Assembly (NCBI GenBank): GCA_900544625.1
Contig: UQVR01000003.1
Span: forward strand, 1-63,770
DNA length: 63,770 bases
From: an uncultured Mycoplasmatota bacterium
GTDB taxonomy: Bacteria; Bacillota_I; Bacilli_A; RF39; UBA660
Reading direction: 5' to 3'
Part shown: positions 46,387 through 54,942 of the stretch, piece after piece
Position numbering within the stretch: position 1 is the first letter of the stretch
How the letters are laid out: the number at the start of each line of letters is the position of its first letter
Program-made: the position numbers and the translations under genes
The notes under the pieces: model-generated
The model's input: the letters and a program-made list of their open reading frames with translations, nothing else
Database searches by the model: none
What the model was told of the DNA's origin: nothing

Positions 46387-46423
46387 TAACATAATAAAAC
46401 ATTTAAAAAGATTGGAGTAAAAA

Positions 46424-46690
46424 ATGAAGTGTAAAAATTGTGGAAATCCTTTACCAAACGAAGGTATAACTTGTAAGTTTTGTGGAGCATTAATGGATCA
46501 AAGCCAAATAAATTATCAAAATAAAATGAACGATAAAAATAATAAAAAGATTACACTATTAAGTGAAAAATATGGACATGAAAATAAAATAGAATATCGT
46601 GAAATAAAAGAAAATAAGGTATTAGGTTTAATAGTAATATCAATAGTACTTTTATTTTTAATAGTTTTAGCCATACTAATAAATATATAA
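46424..46690 (+). CDS. zinc-ribbon protein with C-terminal TM helix (hypothetical)
   Basis: 'CKNCGNPLPNEGITCKFCG' (CxxC-x11-CxxC) and C-terminal 'LGLIVISIVLLFLIVLAILI'. Confidence 0.6.
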   Translation: MKCKNCGNPLPNEGITCKFCGALMDQSQINYQNKMNDKNNKKITLLSEKYGHENKIEYREIKENKVLGLIVISIVLLFLIVLAILINI

Positions 46691-46700
46691 AGGTGATATT

Positions 46701-47213
46701 ATGTTATTATTATGTATAAAAATATTTTTTGCAAGAATAGTTGATGTTACATTTGGAACAATTAGAACTGTTTTAGTAGTAAGAGGCCGTAGGTTTACTC
46801 CAGCAATAATTGCATTTTTTGAAGTTCTTATTTGGTTTTTGGTAGCTCGTGAAGCTTTAACTACCGATATTAAGTCAATTATTATCCCAATATGTTATGC
46901 CGGAGGTTACGCAACAGGAACATTTATTGGCGGATATATATCGAATAATTTAGTAGAAGGATTAATTGGTGTACAGGTTACAACTAAAACTAGTGATGTA
47001 AAAAAGATGATTAAAGAAATAAGAGATGCCGGTTTTGGTGTATCAGTAGTAGATTTAAAAAATCCTCAAGATAATGAAAAGAAAACAATGTTGATGATTC
47101 AATTAAATAAATCAAAATTAAAAAAATTAACTCATATAATAAGAACAAATGATAAAGATGCATTTGTAGTAATAAATGATACAAAATATGTTCAAAATGG
47201 AGTTATAAAGTAA
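46701..47213 (+). CDS. UPF0316/DUF2179-family membrane protein
   Basis: 'FFARIVDVTFGTIRTVLVVRGRR', three TM helices, then a C-terminal soluble domain; typical ~170-aa family member. Confidence 0.65.
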   Translation: MLLLCIKIFFARIVDVTFGTIRTVLVVRGRRFTPAIIAFFEVLIWFLVAREALTTDIKSIIIPICYAGGYATGTFIGGYISNNLVEGLIGVQVTTKTSDVKKMIKEIRDAGFGVSVVDLKNPQDNEKKTMLMIQLNKSKLKKLTHIIRTNDKDAFVVINDTKYVQNGVIK

Positions 47214-47238
47214 GTGTGGATTAGCCATACTTTTTTTG
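47213..47238 (+). terminator. rho-independent terminator
   Basis: AGTGTGG (47213-47219) / CCATACT (47225-47231) with one G-T pair, then T7. Confidence 0.5.
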
Positions 47239-47294
47239 TAAAATATAATTTTTTTGCTTTTAATTAATATAATAATATGCTAAAATGAAGTTAG

Positions 47295-48410
47295 GTGATA
47301 AAATTGAAAAAGATAAATTGGGAAAAAGTAAACAAATTTATAAGAAATAAAAATTTTATAATTGCAGTATGCGTTTTTGGTTTAACAATGGCATCAGTTG
47401 GATTTAGTTATGCATCATTTTTCTCTGTTAAAACAAACACAACAAATCAAAGTATTACAACAGGAACTTTGAATGTTTCATATGGAAGTAATTCATCATC
47501 AATTCAAAAAACGAATATGACATCTATGTCAGATGAAATGGGATTAGCTCAAACAGAAGCAAGTGTAATATATATTCAAAATACTGGTTCATTAGATTCT
47601 ACATATGTCATGAATATTGGCTATGATATGACAAATTTTAAAGCAAGAACTGGATATAAGGATACAGATGTATTAACTCCGATAGATTATATAATGGTAG
47701 CGGTTTATGAATATAATGGTGCTGGAAAAGAAGATACTTTAATTGTAGAACCAATAAGTATTGCAGAACTTCCAATAGTAAAATATGATGAATCTGACCC
47801 AAGAAATAATAGATATTCAATTTTATTTAATACTTTAGGGGGAACCTCAAGTAGCAATTCAACTAAAACATATAAAATAAAAACATGGTTAAGTGATAAG
47901 GCAATACCTGCTGCAAGTTATACATATTTTTATGTAAATACAGAAATAGTAGCTGAAGTGCAAAATGCCAAAATGGCATATACTTTGAGAATTCTTTCAT
48001 CTAGTCCACTAGCGGGAATAACTTTGCAAAATGGATCAAAAAAGGCTACAATGGTAAATAATTCTTTTATCCTAGATAATATTTATCCTGGTACATATAA
48101 TATTGAAATAGTATTTAATAAAAATAAATACAAAGGAAATATAACTATAGAAGAGGGAACTGGTAATAGTCTTACTAGTTATGGTACATCTTTTACAGGT
48201 AGTAACATATATTCTATAGCTAATACTTATAAGACAACAGTAGCAAAAATAATAGAATATAACAATTTAGATACCTATAGTAGTGCTGCAACAATATCGA
48301 GTGGAAAGTTAATGGCAACATATAAAATAACTGGTGGATTAGAAAAGATAATAAGTTTAAAATTAACCAACATAGATGTAGATAAAAAAACATTTACATT
48401 AAGTATGTAA
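47295..48410 (+). CDS. TasA/camelysin-like secreted protein with SipW-type signal and an extra C-terminal beta-sandwich-like region
   Basis: 'FIIAVCVFGLTMASVGFSYASFFSVKTNTTNQSITTGTLNVS...IYIQNTGSLDSTY' parallels TasA '...AAFND...ASGTLDLS...FENNGSL'; C-terminal 'LDNIYPGTYNIEIVF'. Start uncertain (GTG 47295 or TTG 47304). Confidence 0.5.
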   Translation: MIKLKKINWEKVNKFIRNKNFIIAVCVFGLTMASVGFSYASFFSVKTNTTNQSITTGTLNVSYGSNSSSIQKTNMTSMSDEMGLAQTEASVIYIQNTGSLDSTYVMNIGYDMTNFKARTGYKDTDVLTPIDYIMVAVYEYNGAGKEDTLIVEPISIAELPIVKYDESDPRNNRYSILFNTLGGTSSSNSTKTYKIKTWLSDKAIPAASYTYFYVNTEIVAEVQNAKMAYTLRILSSSPLAGITLQNGSKKATMVNNSFILDNIYPGTYNIEIVFNKNKYKGNITIEEGTGNSLTSYGTSFTGSNIYSIANTYKTTVAKIIEYNNLDTYSSAATISSGKLMATYKITGGLEKIISLKLTNIDVDKKTFTLSM

Positions 48411-48458
48411 TACATAAAATTTTTAAAAAATAAAATACAAAAAATTGTCAGTTTAGGG

Positions 48459-48487
48459 TTGATTTTTATAAGCTAAAATGATAATAT
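48459..48487 (+). promoter_or_regulatory. sigma-A-type promoter with extended -10 (paralog 1)
   Basis: TTGATT (48459-48464) - 17 nt - TGa-TAATAT (48482-48487); strong AGGAGAGGAG RBS follows. Confidence 0.6.
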
Positions 48488-48514
48488 TAAAATAGGAGAG
48501 GAGAAAGAAGAATT

Positions 48515-49180
48515 ATGGATAACAAAAAAAATACTATCCTATTAACAGTTATTGCAGTTGCTACATTATTAGTTGCTGTAGTAGGTGCAACATTCGCTTA
48601 CTTCACAGCTCAAGGAGCACAAGGAACAACAGCAACTGTTACAGTTAGTACAGGTACAGCAGCTAGTTCAGAATTTGGTACAATTGATCCACTTAACATT
48701 TATGCTGATGCAACAACATTTGCAGAAGGTGCTGGAGATGTTACTGATGATACTACAGGTACAGTAAAATGGACAGCTCCAGGAGCAGTTACAGGACAAG
48801 AAGCTCCAAGTGAAGCAGATAGAAGTTTCTGTTATACAGCATCACTAAATATTACTGCTAATACATTTACAGTTTCTGCTGCTAATACAGAAAATTTAAA
48901 TGAATTAGAATTTACTGCTAAAAAAGGAGAAACAGTTTTACTTGATAAAATATCTCTAGTTGATTTTGATACTAAAGTTGGAAAAACTGGAACAATTCAA
49001 ATTCCAACAACTGCTAATGGTAGTGAATATACTCACAAATTAGTTGCTGATGCTGGTGCTAGTGTTACTGATAATTGGACAATTACAGTTACATTAAAGA
49101 ACTTAGCAATGAATCAAAATGAAAATACTGGTAAACAACTAACTGGACAAATAGCCTTTACAAAGACTGATTGCGCATAA
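48515..49180 (+). CDS. Thr/Ala-rich secreted protein with SipW/CalY-type signal peptide (paralog 1), putative fibre subunit
   Basis: 'LLTVIAVATLLVAVVGATFAYFTAQ' (cf. CalY GGGTFAYFSD); C-terminus 'TVTLKNLAMNQNENTGKQLTGQIAFTKTDCA'; two Cys. Confidence 0.6.
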   Translation: MDNKKNTILLTVIAVATLLVAVVGATFAYFTAQGAQGTTATVTVSTGTAASSEFGTIDPLNIYADATTFAEGAGDVTDDTTGTVKWTAPGAVTGQEAPSEADRSFCYTASLNITANTFTVSAANTENLNELEFTAKKGETVLLDKISLVDFDTKVGKTGTIQIPTTANGSEYTHKLVADAGASVTDNWTITVTLKNLAMNQNENTGKQLTGQIAFTKTDCA

Positions 49181-49199
49181 TTTTTACTAAAATAAAATT

Positions 49200-49218
49200 G
49201 GACTCTGGTCCTTTTTTT
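49200..49218 (+). terminator. weak terminator between the paralogs
   Basis: GGAC/GTCC 4-bp stem (49200-49211) + T7 (49212-49218). Confidence 0.3.
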
Positions 49219-49257
49219 GTTTCTAAAAAAAAGTTTATAAAAAAAGACATAATGGGG

Positions 49258-49286
49258 TTGATTTTTAATTTATAAAATGTTAATAT
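49258..49286 (+). promoter_or_regulatory. sigma-A-type promoter with extended -10 (paralog 2)
   Basis: TTGATT (49258-49263) - 17 nt - TGt-TAATAT (49281-49286). Confidence 0.6.
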
Positions 49287-49312
49287 TAAAATAGGAGAGG
49301 AGAAAAGTAGAT

Positions 49313-49972
49313 ATGGAAAATAAAAAGAATACTATTCTTTTAACAGTTATCGCAGTTGCTACATTATTAGTTGCTGTTGTAGGTGCAACATTTGCTTACT
49401 TCACTGCTCAAGGTGGTACAGGGACTTCAGCTAATGTTACTGTTACAACAGGTACAGCAGCTAGTTCAGAATTTGGTACTTTTGGAGCTATCAACATTTA
49501 TGCTGATGCTACAACTTTTGCTAAAGGTAAACCTGATGCTACTGGAACAACAACAGGAACAGTAAGTTGGACAGCACCAGGTGCAACAACAACTACAACA
49601 CCTAGTGAAGCAGATAGAAGTTTCTGTTATACAGCTGATTTAATTATTACTGCTAATACATTTACTAAATCTGCTGCAAACACTGCAAATGCAAAAGAAC
49701 TATACTTTACTGCTGTTAAAGGTTCAACTACTTTAGTTGACGAACAAAGTTTAGTTACATTGCCTGCTGGAACTGCTGTTACTGGAACAATTAATATTCC
49801 AACAACTAAAGGTGGAGAAATATTAAAACACAAATTAATTGCAGAAGCTGGTAAAACTGTATCTGATTCATGGACTATTACAGTTACATTAAAGAACTTA
49901 GACATAGACCAAAATGAAAATACAGGAAAACAACTAACTGGTTCAATTAAATTCACTAAAGTTGCTTGTTAG
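49313..49972 (+). CDS. Thr/Ala-rich secreted protein with SipW/CalY-type signal peptide (paralog 2), putative fibre subunit
   Basis: Residues 1-34 identical to paralog 1 except D2E; C-terminus 'TVTLKNLDIDQNENTGKQLTGSIKFTKVAC'; two Cys at the same positions. Confidence 0.6.
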   Translation: MENKKNTILLTVIAVATLLVAVVGATFAYFTAQGGTGTSANVTVTTGTAASSEFGTFGAINIYADATTFAKGKPDATGTTTGTVSWTAPGATTTTTPSEADRSFCYTADLIITANTFTKSAANTANAKELYFTAVKGSTTLVDEQSLVTLPAGTAVTGTINIPTTKGGEILKHKLIAEAGKTVSDSWTITVTLKNLDIDQNENTGKQLTGSIKFTKVAC

Positions 49973-49980
49973 TTAAAAAG

Positions 49981-50004
49981 GAATGAACTTCGGTTCATTT
50001 TTTT
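49981..50004 (+). terminator. rho-independent terminator
   Basis: GAATGAAC-TTCG-GTTCATT followed by a T-run. Confidence 0.8.
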
Positions 50005-50005
50005 A

Positions 50006-50034
50006 TTGCTATAATATTTTTTTTTTGATAAAAT
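50006..50034 (+). promoter_or_regulatory. sigma-A-type promoter of the ZIP transporter gene, with T10 in the spacer
   Basis: TTGCTA (50006-50011) - 17 nt (contains T10 at 50017-50026) - TGa-TAAAAT (50029-50034). Confidence 0.45.
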
Positions 50035-50057
50035 ACTTATGAAGCGAGGTAACAATT

Positions 50058-50771
50058 ATGGCATTACTTTTAACATTAATAAGTGGATTATTTTTTTTGA
50101 TTGGCATTATTATTTATAATTTCACTTCTAATAAAACATCATTTACAAGAATGTCAATATCATGCGCTAGCATAGTTATAATAGGGCTTATATTATTTGA
50201 TTTATTGCCAGAACTTATAAATCTAAAAAAATGGTGGATATTTTTATTTGTTATTGTAGGATTATTACTTTTAGTAATGATTGATAAATTAGTACCTCAT
50301 CATGAACATGAGCATCATGAAAACGACGAAGAAAAAATAGATCATATTAATCATATTGAGCATATTGGTACAATTACAATAATCGCCTTACTATTACATA
50401 ATACAATTGAAGGAATGGCATTATATGGTGTTGCAAGCAATGATTTAAAAAGTGGAATATTAATGCTTTTAGGAATAGGGCTACATAATTTGCCATTTGG
50501 TTTTCAAATAGCATCTTCACAAAATAAGAAAAATATTCTTTTATTAGTATTATTAATATTATCAGGATTTATCGGCGGAATAACATTCTTAGCTTTCGGA
50601 GAATTAAATGAAACATTCGAAGGCATTATTATTGCGTTAACACTTGGAATGTTACTTCATATTTTATTTTTTGAACTTTTAAAAGAAGTTTTAGAAGAAA
50701 TAGATAAAAAAGACACTATTTATGGTATAATAATTGGTATAATATTATTGTTTTTAATAAATGTTTTATAA
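50058..50771 (+). CDS. ZIP family metal (zinc) transporter
   Basis: 'HHEHEHHENDEE' His-rich loop, 'LLHNTIEGMA', 'GLHNLPFG'; ~8 TM helices. Confidence 0.8.
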   Translation: MALLLTLISGLFFLIGIIIYNFTSNKTSFTRMSISCASIVIIGLILFDLLPELINLKKWWIFLFVIVGLLLLVMIDKLVPHHEHEHHENDEEKIDHINHIEHIGTITIIALLLHNTIEGMALYGVASNDLKSGILMLLGIGLHNLPFGFQIASSQNKKNILLLVLLILSGFIGGITFLAFGELNETFEGIIIALTLGMLLHILFFELLKEVLEEIDKKDTIYGIIIGIILLFLINVL

Positions 50772-50785
50772 GAAGGGAAGATTCT

Positions 50786-51703
50786 ATGAAAAAGGTATTA
50801 GTGGTTGGTGCTGCAGGTGCTGTTGGAATTCACACAGTTAAATACTTATTAAGTGAAGGAAAATATGAAATAACAATATTAGACTTAAAAAACAAAAAAT
50901 CATTTAATAGATTAAAAAGATTTAGAAAAAGAGTAAATATTTTATATGGTGATGTAACAGATAGAATACTTATTGAAGCATTAGTTAAAGATCATGATTA
51001 TATTATAGATTTAGCAAGTGCAATGCCGCCACTCGGAGATATGAAAGATGGTCTTTCAATGGCCATTGATTATGGAGGGTGTGAAAACATTGTTCGAGCA
51101 ATTAACTACTATAATCCAAAGTGTCATTTGTTTTTTGCATCAACGACAAGTATGTACAAAAACATGAAAAATCCAAATGTAAAAAGTAGAATTGTATTAG
51201 ATGAATTTGATTATTTTTCAAAAGCAAAATTAGAAAGTGAAAAATTAATTAAAAGTAAATTAAAAAATTATACAATATATAGAGTACCACTTGTATTAAG
51301 TAATCCGCTTTGTGAAACATTTATGTATCATGGTAATAAGGAAGATGAAGTTGATGTTATAACAAAAGAGGATTGTGCATATGCATTTGTTAAAGGAATA
51401 AAATATGCTGAGAAATTAAACAAAAAAACATTCAACCTAGCGGGTAATGAAACAATAAACTATGGAAAACTATTAGAAAAGCTAGTAAATATAAATGGCT
51501 TAAGTTGGAAATACATATTAGCAAGAATATTCTTAGAGAAAAATTATTATAGTCCGGTATGTAGTGATAAAGACGAATTAGAAAATTTAATCCATTATAG
51601 AAATGATTCTATAAATGAATATTATGCTAGATTAAGATCAGTTAATAAAGATAGAAAATTTGCCAAATTTTTAGCTAAATTATTGGTAGGTAAAAGCAAA
51701 TGA
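50786..51703 (+). CDS. NAD-dependent epimerase/dehydratase family protein
   Basis: 'VLVVGAAGAVGIH' Rossmann GxxGxxG; SDR-extended length. Confidence 0.7.
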   Translation: MKKVLVVGAAGAVGIHTVKYLLSEGKYEITILDLKNKKSFNRLKRFRKRVNILYGDVTDRILIEALVKDHDYIIDLASAMPPLGDMKDGLSMAIDYGGCENIVRAINYYNPKCHLFFASTTSMYKNMKNPNVKSRIVLDEFDYFSKAKLESEKLIKSKLKNYTIYRVPLVLSNPLCETFMYHGNKEDEVDVITKEDCAYAFVKGIKYAEKLNKKTFNLAGNETINYGKLLEKLVNINGLSWKYILARIFLEKNYYSPVCSDKDELENLIHYRNDSINEYYARLRSVNKDRKFAKFLAKLLVGKSK

Positions 51704-52746
51704 AGATAGGAATTGCATTTTCAGGCGGAGGACTTCGCGGAGCATATCAAGTTGGATGTTACAAAGCCTTTTTAGATTGTCATATAAAAATAGATGGTTT
51801 TGTAGGAACATCCATTGGATCATTTAATGCAGCAATGTGTGCCAGTAATAGATTTGAGGAATTATTTGCCTTTTGGTATAATGACGATACCGGTTCAATT
51901 CTTGGATTTAGTAAAGATTTTATTACTAAAACAAATAATAATGAATATGATTTAAAATATTTAACAGAGTTACTTGATAATATTAAAGATATAGTCCAAA
52001 ATAAAGGAATAAGTACCAAAAACATAAGAAAAAAACTAGAAGAATTTGAAATTGACAAATATCTTTATAAGAGTAAAAAAGATTTTGGTTTAGTAACAGT
52101 TAGATTTAATGATTTTAAACCAAGATATATGTTTAAAAATGATATTCCAAAAGATAAATTAAATGATTATATTATAGCATCATGCTTTTTGCCAATATTT
52201 AAATTTGAAAAGTTAATTGATAATAACTACTATTTAGATGGTGGATTTCATGATTATATACCAGCGAATGCTTTATTAGAAAAAGGTTATGACAAAGTAT
52301 ATGTAATAGATCTTGAAGCAATTGGAATAAGAAGGCCATATATTGACAAAAGAAAAATACAAGTAATAAGACCATCGAGAAAATTAGGAAGTATTTTGGA
52401 TTTTAAAAAAGAAGATATCAGAAACAATATGAAATTAGGTTATTTTGATACAATGCGTATTTTAAAAGATTTTGATGGTAAAAAATATTTGTTTAAAAAA
52501 AGAGGACTTTGGTACTATGAGTTAATGTTAAAACATGTGAGTAAAAAAGATCGTGAACTTATGGAAAAATTTTTTGCAACTAAAAATGCCAAAAGATTAA
52601 TAATAAAATCTATAGAGTTCATAATGAAAAAAGAAAAATTTGAATATTATCATGTATATAAAGTAACTGAAGTAATAAAAAGAATAAAATATATAGATAA
52701 AAATTATGGGGTTTACAAGTTCGTGAAACAATTAAAGTTTATTTAA
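51700..52746 (+). CDS. patatin-like phospholipase family protein
   Basis: 'AFSGGGLRGAYQVG' oxyanion loop, 'GTSIGS' (GxSxG), 'YLDGGFHD' (catalytic Asp); ATGA overlap with the previous gene. Confidence 0.85.
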   Translation: MKIGIAFSGGGLRGAYQVGCYKAFLDCHIKIDGFVGTSIGSFNAAMCASNRFEELFAFWYNDDTGSILGFSKDFITKTNNNEYDLKYLTELLDNIKDIVQNKGISTKNIRKKLEEFEIDKYLYKSKKDFGLVTVRFNDFKPRYMFKNDIPKDKLNDYIIASCFLPIFKFEKLIDNNYYLDGGFHDYIPANALLEKGYDKVYVIDLEAIGIRRPYIDKRKIQVIRPSRKLGSILDFKKEDIRNNMKLGYFDTMRILKDFDGKKYLFKKRGLWYYELMLKHVSKKDRELMEKFFATKNAKRLIIKSIEFIMKKEKFEYYHVYKVTEVIKRIKYIDKNYGVYKFVKQLKFI

Positions 52747-52760
52747 GGAGGAAAATTAAT

Positions 52761-53483
52761 ATGGGAAGAGCTTATGAAGTAAGAAAAGCAAGTATACAAA
52801 AAACAGGAGCTGCGAAAGGAAAAATTTATACAACATTTGCTAAAGAAATTTATCTAGCAGCTAAGAAAGGAAGCCCAAATCCAGAAGCCAATATAACATT
52901 AAAAAGACTAATAGATAAAGCAAAGAAGAATCAAGTTCCAAGTGATATAATAACTAGAGCCCTAGATAAAGCAAAAGGGGTAGGACAAGACGAATATCAT
53001 GAAGTTGTGTATGAAGGATTTGGTCCTGGAGCATCAACTTTAATTATTAAATGTTTAACAGATAATGTAAATAGAACGGTTGGAATGGTTCGAGCAGCAT
53101 TTAATAAAGTAAATAAGTCACTCGGAGTTACGAATTCCGTATCATATAACTATGAGCACCTTGGAGTAATATCATTTAAATATGATGATGAAGAAAAAGT
53201 ATTGGATTTATTATTAAATGCAAGAATTGAAGTAATAGATATTGAATCAGAAGATGGATATATTACAATTAGTTTAAATCCAAGTGATATGAATACTGCT
53301 AAAGATGAATTAGAACGTGATATAGCAAATATCGATTATGAAATAGATGAAGTAGGAATGTATGCTAAAGATAAAATTACCCTTGAAGGAGAAGAAAAAG
53401 AAATCTTTGATAGATTATATAATATGCTTGAAGATATTGAAGACGTATCACAAATATATACAAATGTATCAAATATAGGTTAA
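52761..53483 (+). CDS. YebC/PmpR-family (YeeN-type) transcriptional regulator
   Basis: 'MGRAYEVRKASIQKTGAAKGKIY...AAKKGSPNPEAN...KAKKNQVPSDII'; AAGGAGG RBS. Confidence 0.85.
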   Translation: MGRAYEVRKASIQKTGAAKGKIYTTFAKEIYLAAKKGSPNPEANITLKRLIDKAKKNQVPSDIITRALDKAKGVGQDEYHEVVYEGFGPGASTLIIKCLTDNVNRTVGMVRAAFNKVNKSLGVTNSVSYNYEHLGVISFKYDDEEKVLDLLLNARIEVIDIESEDGYITISLNPSDMNTAKDELERDIANIDYEIDEVGMYAKDKITLEGEEKEIFDRLYNMLEDIEDVSQIYTNVSNIG

Positions 53484-53484
53484 T

Positions 53485-54819
53485 ATGGAAAACAAAAAAA
53501 GTATATTTAAATTAATAATAACAGTTGTATTAATATTTATAGGATTTGAAATATTTATAAATACATTTGGTAGCCTAGTTGCAACTACAACTTGGGATAC
53601 TATAAAACATGGAAAATACACTACATATTTTCTAAGTGAGTTTATAGTATTATTATGTGGATTACTTTTACTAGCTCTAAGAAAGAAATGGTATATATTT
53701 AAAAATCAAAAGAAATCATTTAAAGATACAATTATGTTATGTTTACCAATCGTAATACTTTCTTGTTTAGTATTTGTAGCAAATGTAATAGAATTAAATA
53801 TATCTAAACTAAATATAGCAAATTTAATAAGTTTAGTATTTTATTGCATAAGTATTGGATTATTTGAAGAAATATTTTTTAGAGGAATAATTGAAGAAGA
53901 GTTATTAAGTAAGTTAAGCAGCAATAAAAAAGAAGTAATAATATCAATCATATTAAGTGGAGTAATATTTGGAGCTATCCATTTTACTAATCTTCTAATG
54001 GGACAAGATTTATTAACTACTTTAATGCAATTCATCCAAACTATGTCAATTGGAATACTTTTTGGAACAGTTTATTATTTTACTAAAAACATCTGGGCTT
54101 TAGCATTCTTACATGGTTTTTATGATTTTTCAGTATTACTAAGTGAAGTAAACATTGTAACTGGTTGTGGTTATGTAGAAAATGTTCCCTTAATTATAAC
54201 TATATCTTCACTTGTAGCATCAATTATACTTAGTGGAATATATTTAATATATAGTTTAATTATATTTAAAAAAGAAAATAATGAAGATAGTAAGAAATAT
54301 CATAAATTTATCTATGTATTAATAATAATATATTTTATATCTAATGCATTATTTGGTGTTTTAGGAAATGTTGATATAAATAAATATTATGTGTGTCCAG
54401 AATATAAAGAAAAAGAAATAAAATTAATTGAAACTCATTATTATGGTTATGATAAATACTATTATAATTATGATAATAATGTTATACACATATATAAAGA
54501 TAATGATAAAGTTATAATGAAAAATGAAAATGGCATTAAAATAAATGTTAATATAGATAATGTTGAAAGAATTGCTATCGTAGATGATGCAATATTAATA
54601 ATTGCCACCGATAACACAAATTATAAATTATATTATAATAAATTAACAGATTTAAAGAATATAAATAATTTTAAAGAATATGATATACCATCATCAAAAT
54701 CACTTGGATATTTAATAGATGCCAGTACAGGGTATAAATATCCATGCATAAAAAGCATAACAGAAGATTTATTTATTATAGATAACGAAGAATTATTTAT
54801 TGTCAAGCAAGCTAGCTAA
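53485..54819 (+). CDS. CPBP family intramembrane glutamic endopeptidase with C-terminal soluble extension
   Basis: 'LFEEIFFRG', 'FGAIHF', 'AFLHGFYD' motifs; extra ~150-aa C-terminal domain. Confidence 0.75.
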   Translation: MENKKSIFKLIITVVLIFIGFEIFINTFGSLVATTTWDTIKHGKYTTYFLSEFIVLLCGLLLLALRKKWYIFKNQKKSFKDTIMLCLPIVILSCLVFVANVIELNISKLNIANLISLVFYCISIGLFEEIFFRGIIEEELLSKLSSNKKEVIISIILSGVIFGAIHFTNLLMGQDLLTTLMQFIQTMSIGILFGTVYYFTKNIWALAFLHGFYDFSVLLSEVNIVTGCGYVENVPLIITISSLVASIILSGIYLIYSLIIFKKENNEDSKKYHKFIYVLIIIYFISNALFGVLGNVDINKYYVCPEYKEKEIKLIETHYYGYDKYYYNYDNNVIHIYKDNDKVIMKNENGIKINVNIDNVERIAIVDDAILIIATDNTNYKLYYNKLTDLKNINNFKEYDIPSSKSLGYLIDASTGYKYPCIKSITEDLFIIDNEELFIVKQAS

Positions 54820-54832
54820 TGCTAGTTTTTTT
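54809..54832 (+). terminator. rho-independent terminator (stop codon in the loop)
   Basis: CTAGC-TAAT-GCTAG (54812-54825), extendable by A-T pairs, + T7. Confidence 0.6.
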
Positions 54833-54942
54833 GTATTTTTTTAAATAAAAAAATGCAAACTAATAAATAAAAGAAAAAACAATGAGCAAACAATTGTTAA
54901 ATAAAAAAATATGTGATATGATTTATAAATGGAGGTAAACTC

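Larger units (their letters stand above)
48455..49972 (+). repeat. tandem duplication of promoter + RBS + gene (two diverged units)
   Basis: 'gggttgattttta...taatattaaaataggagaggagaaa' precedes both ORFs; the coding ends are conserved and the middles diverged. Confidence 0.85.

Noticed and set aside
48585-49565. Same-strand 60-aa ORFs 48585-48767 and 49383-49565 (Gln/Leu-rich), and antisense ORF 49627-49956, inside the tandem paralogs
   Set aside because: They are out-of-frame readings of the Thr/Ala-rich genes. Their conservation between the two copies simply mirrors the duplication. No start signals.
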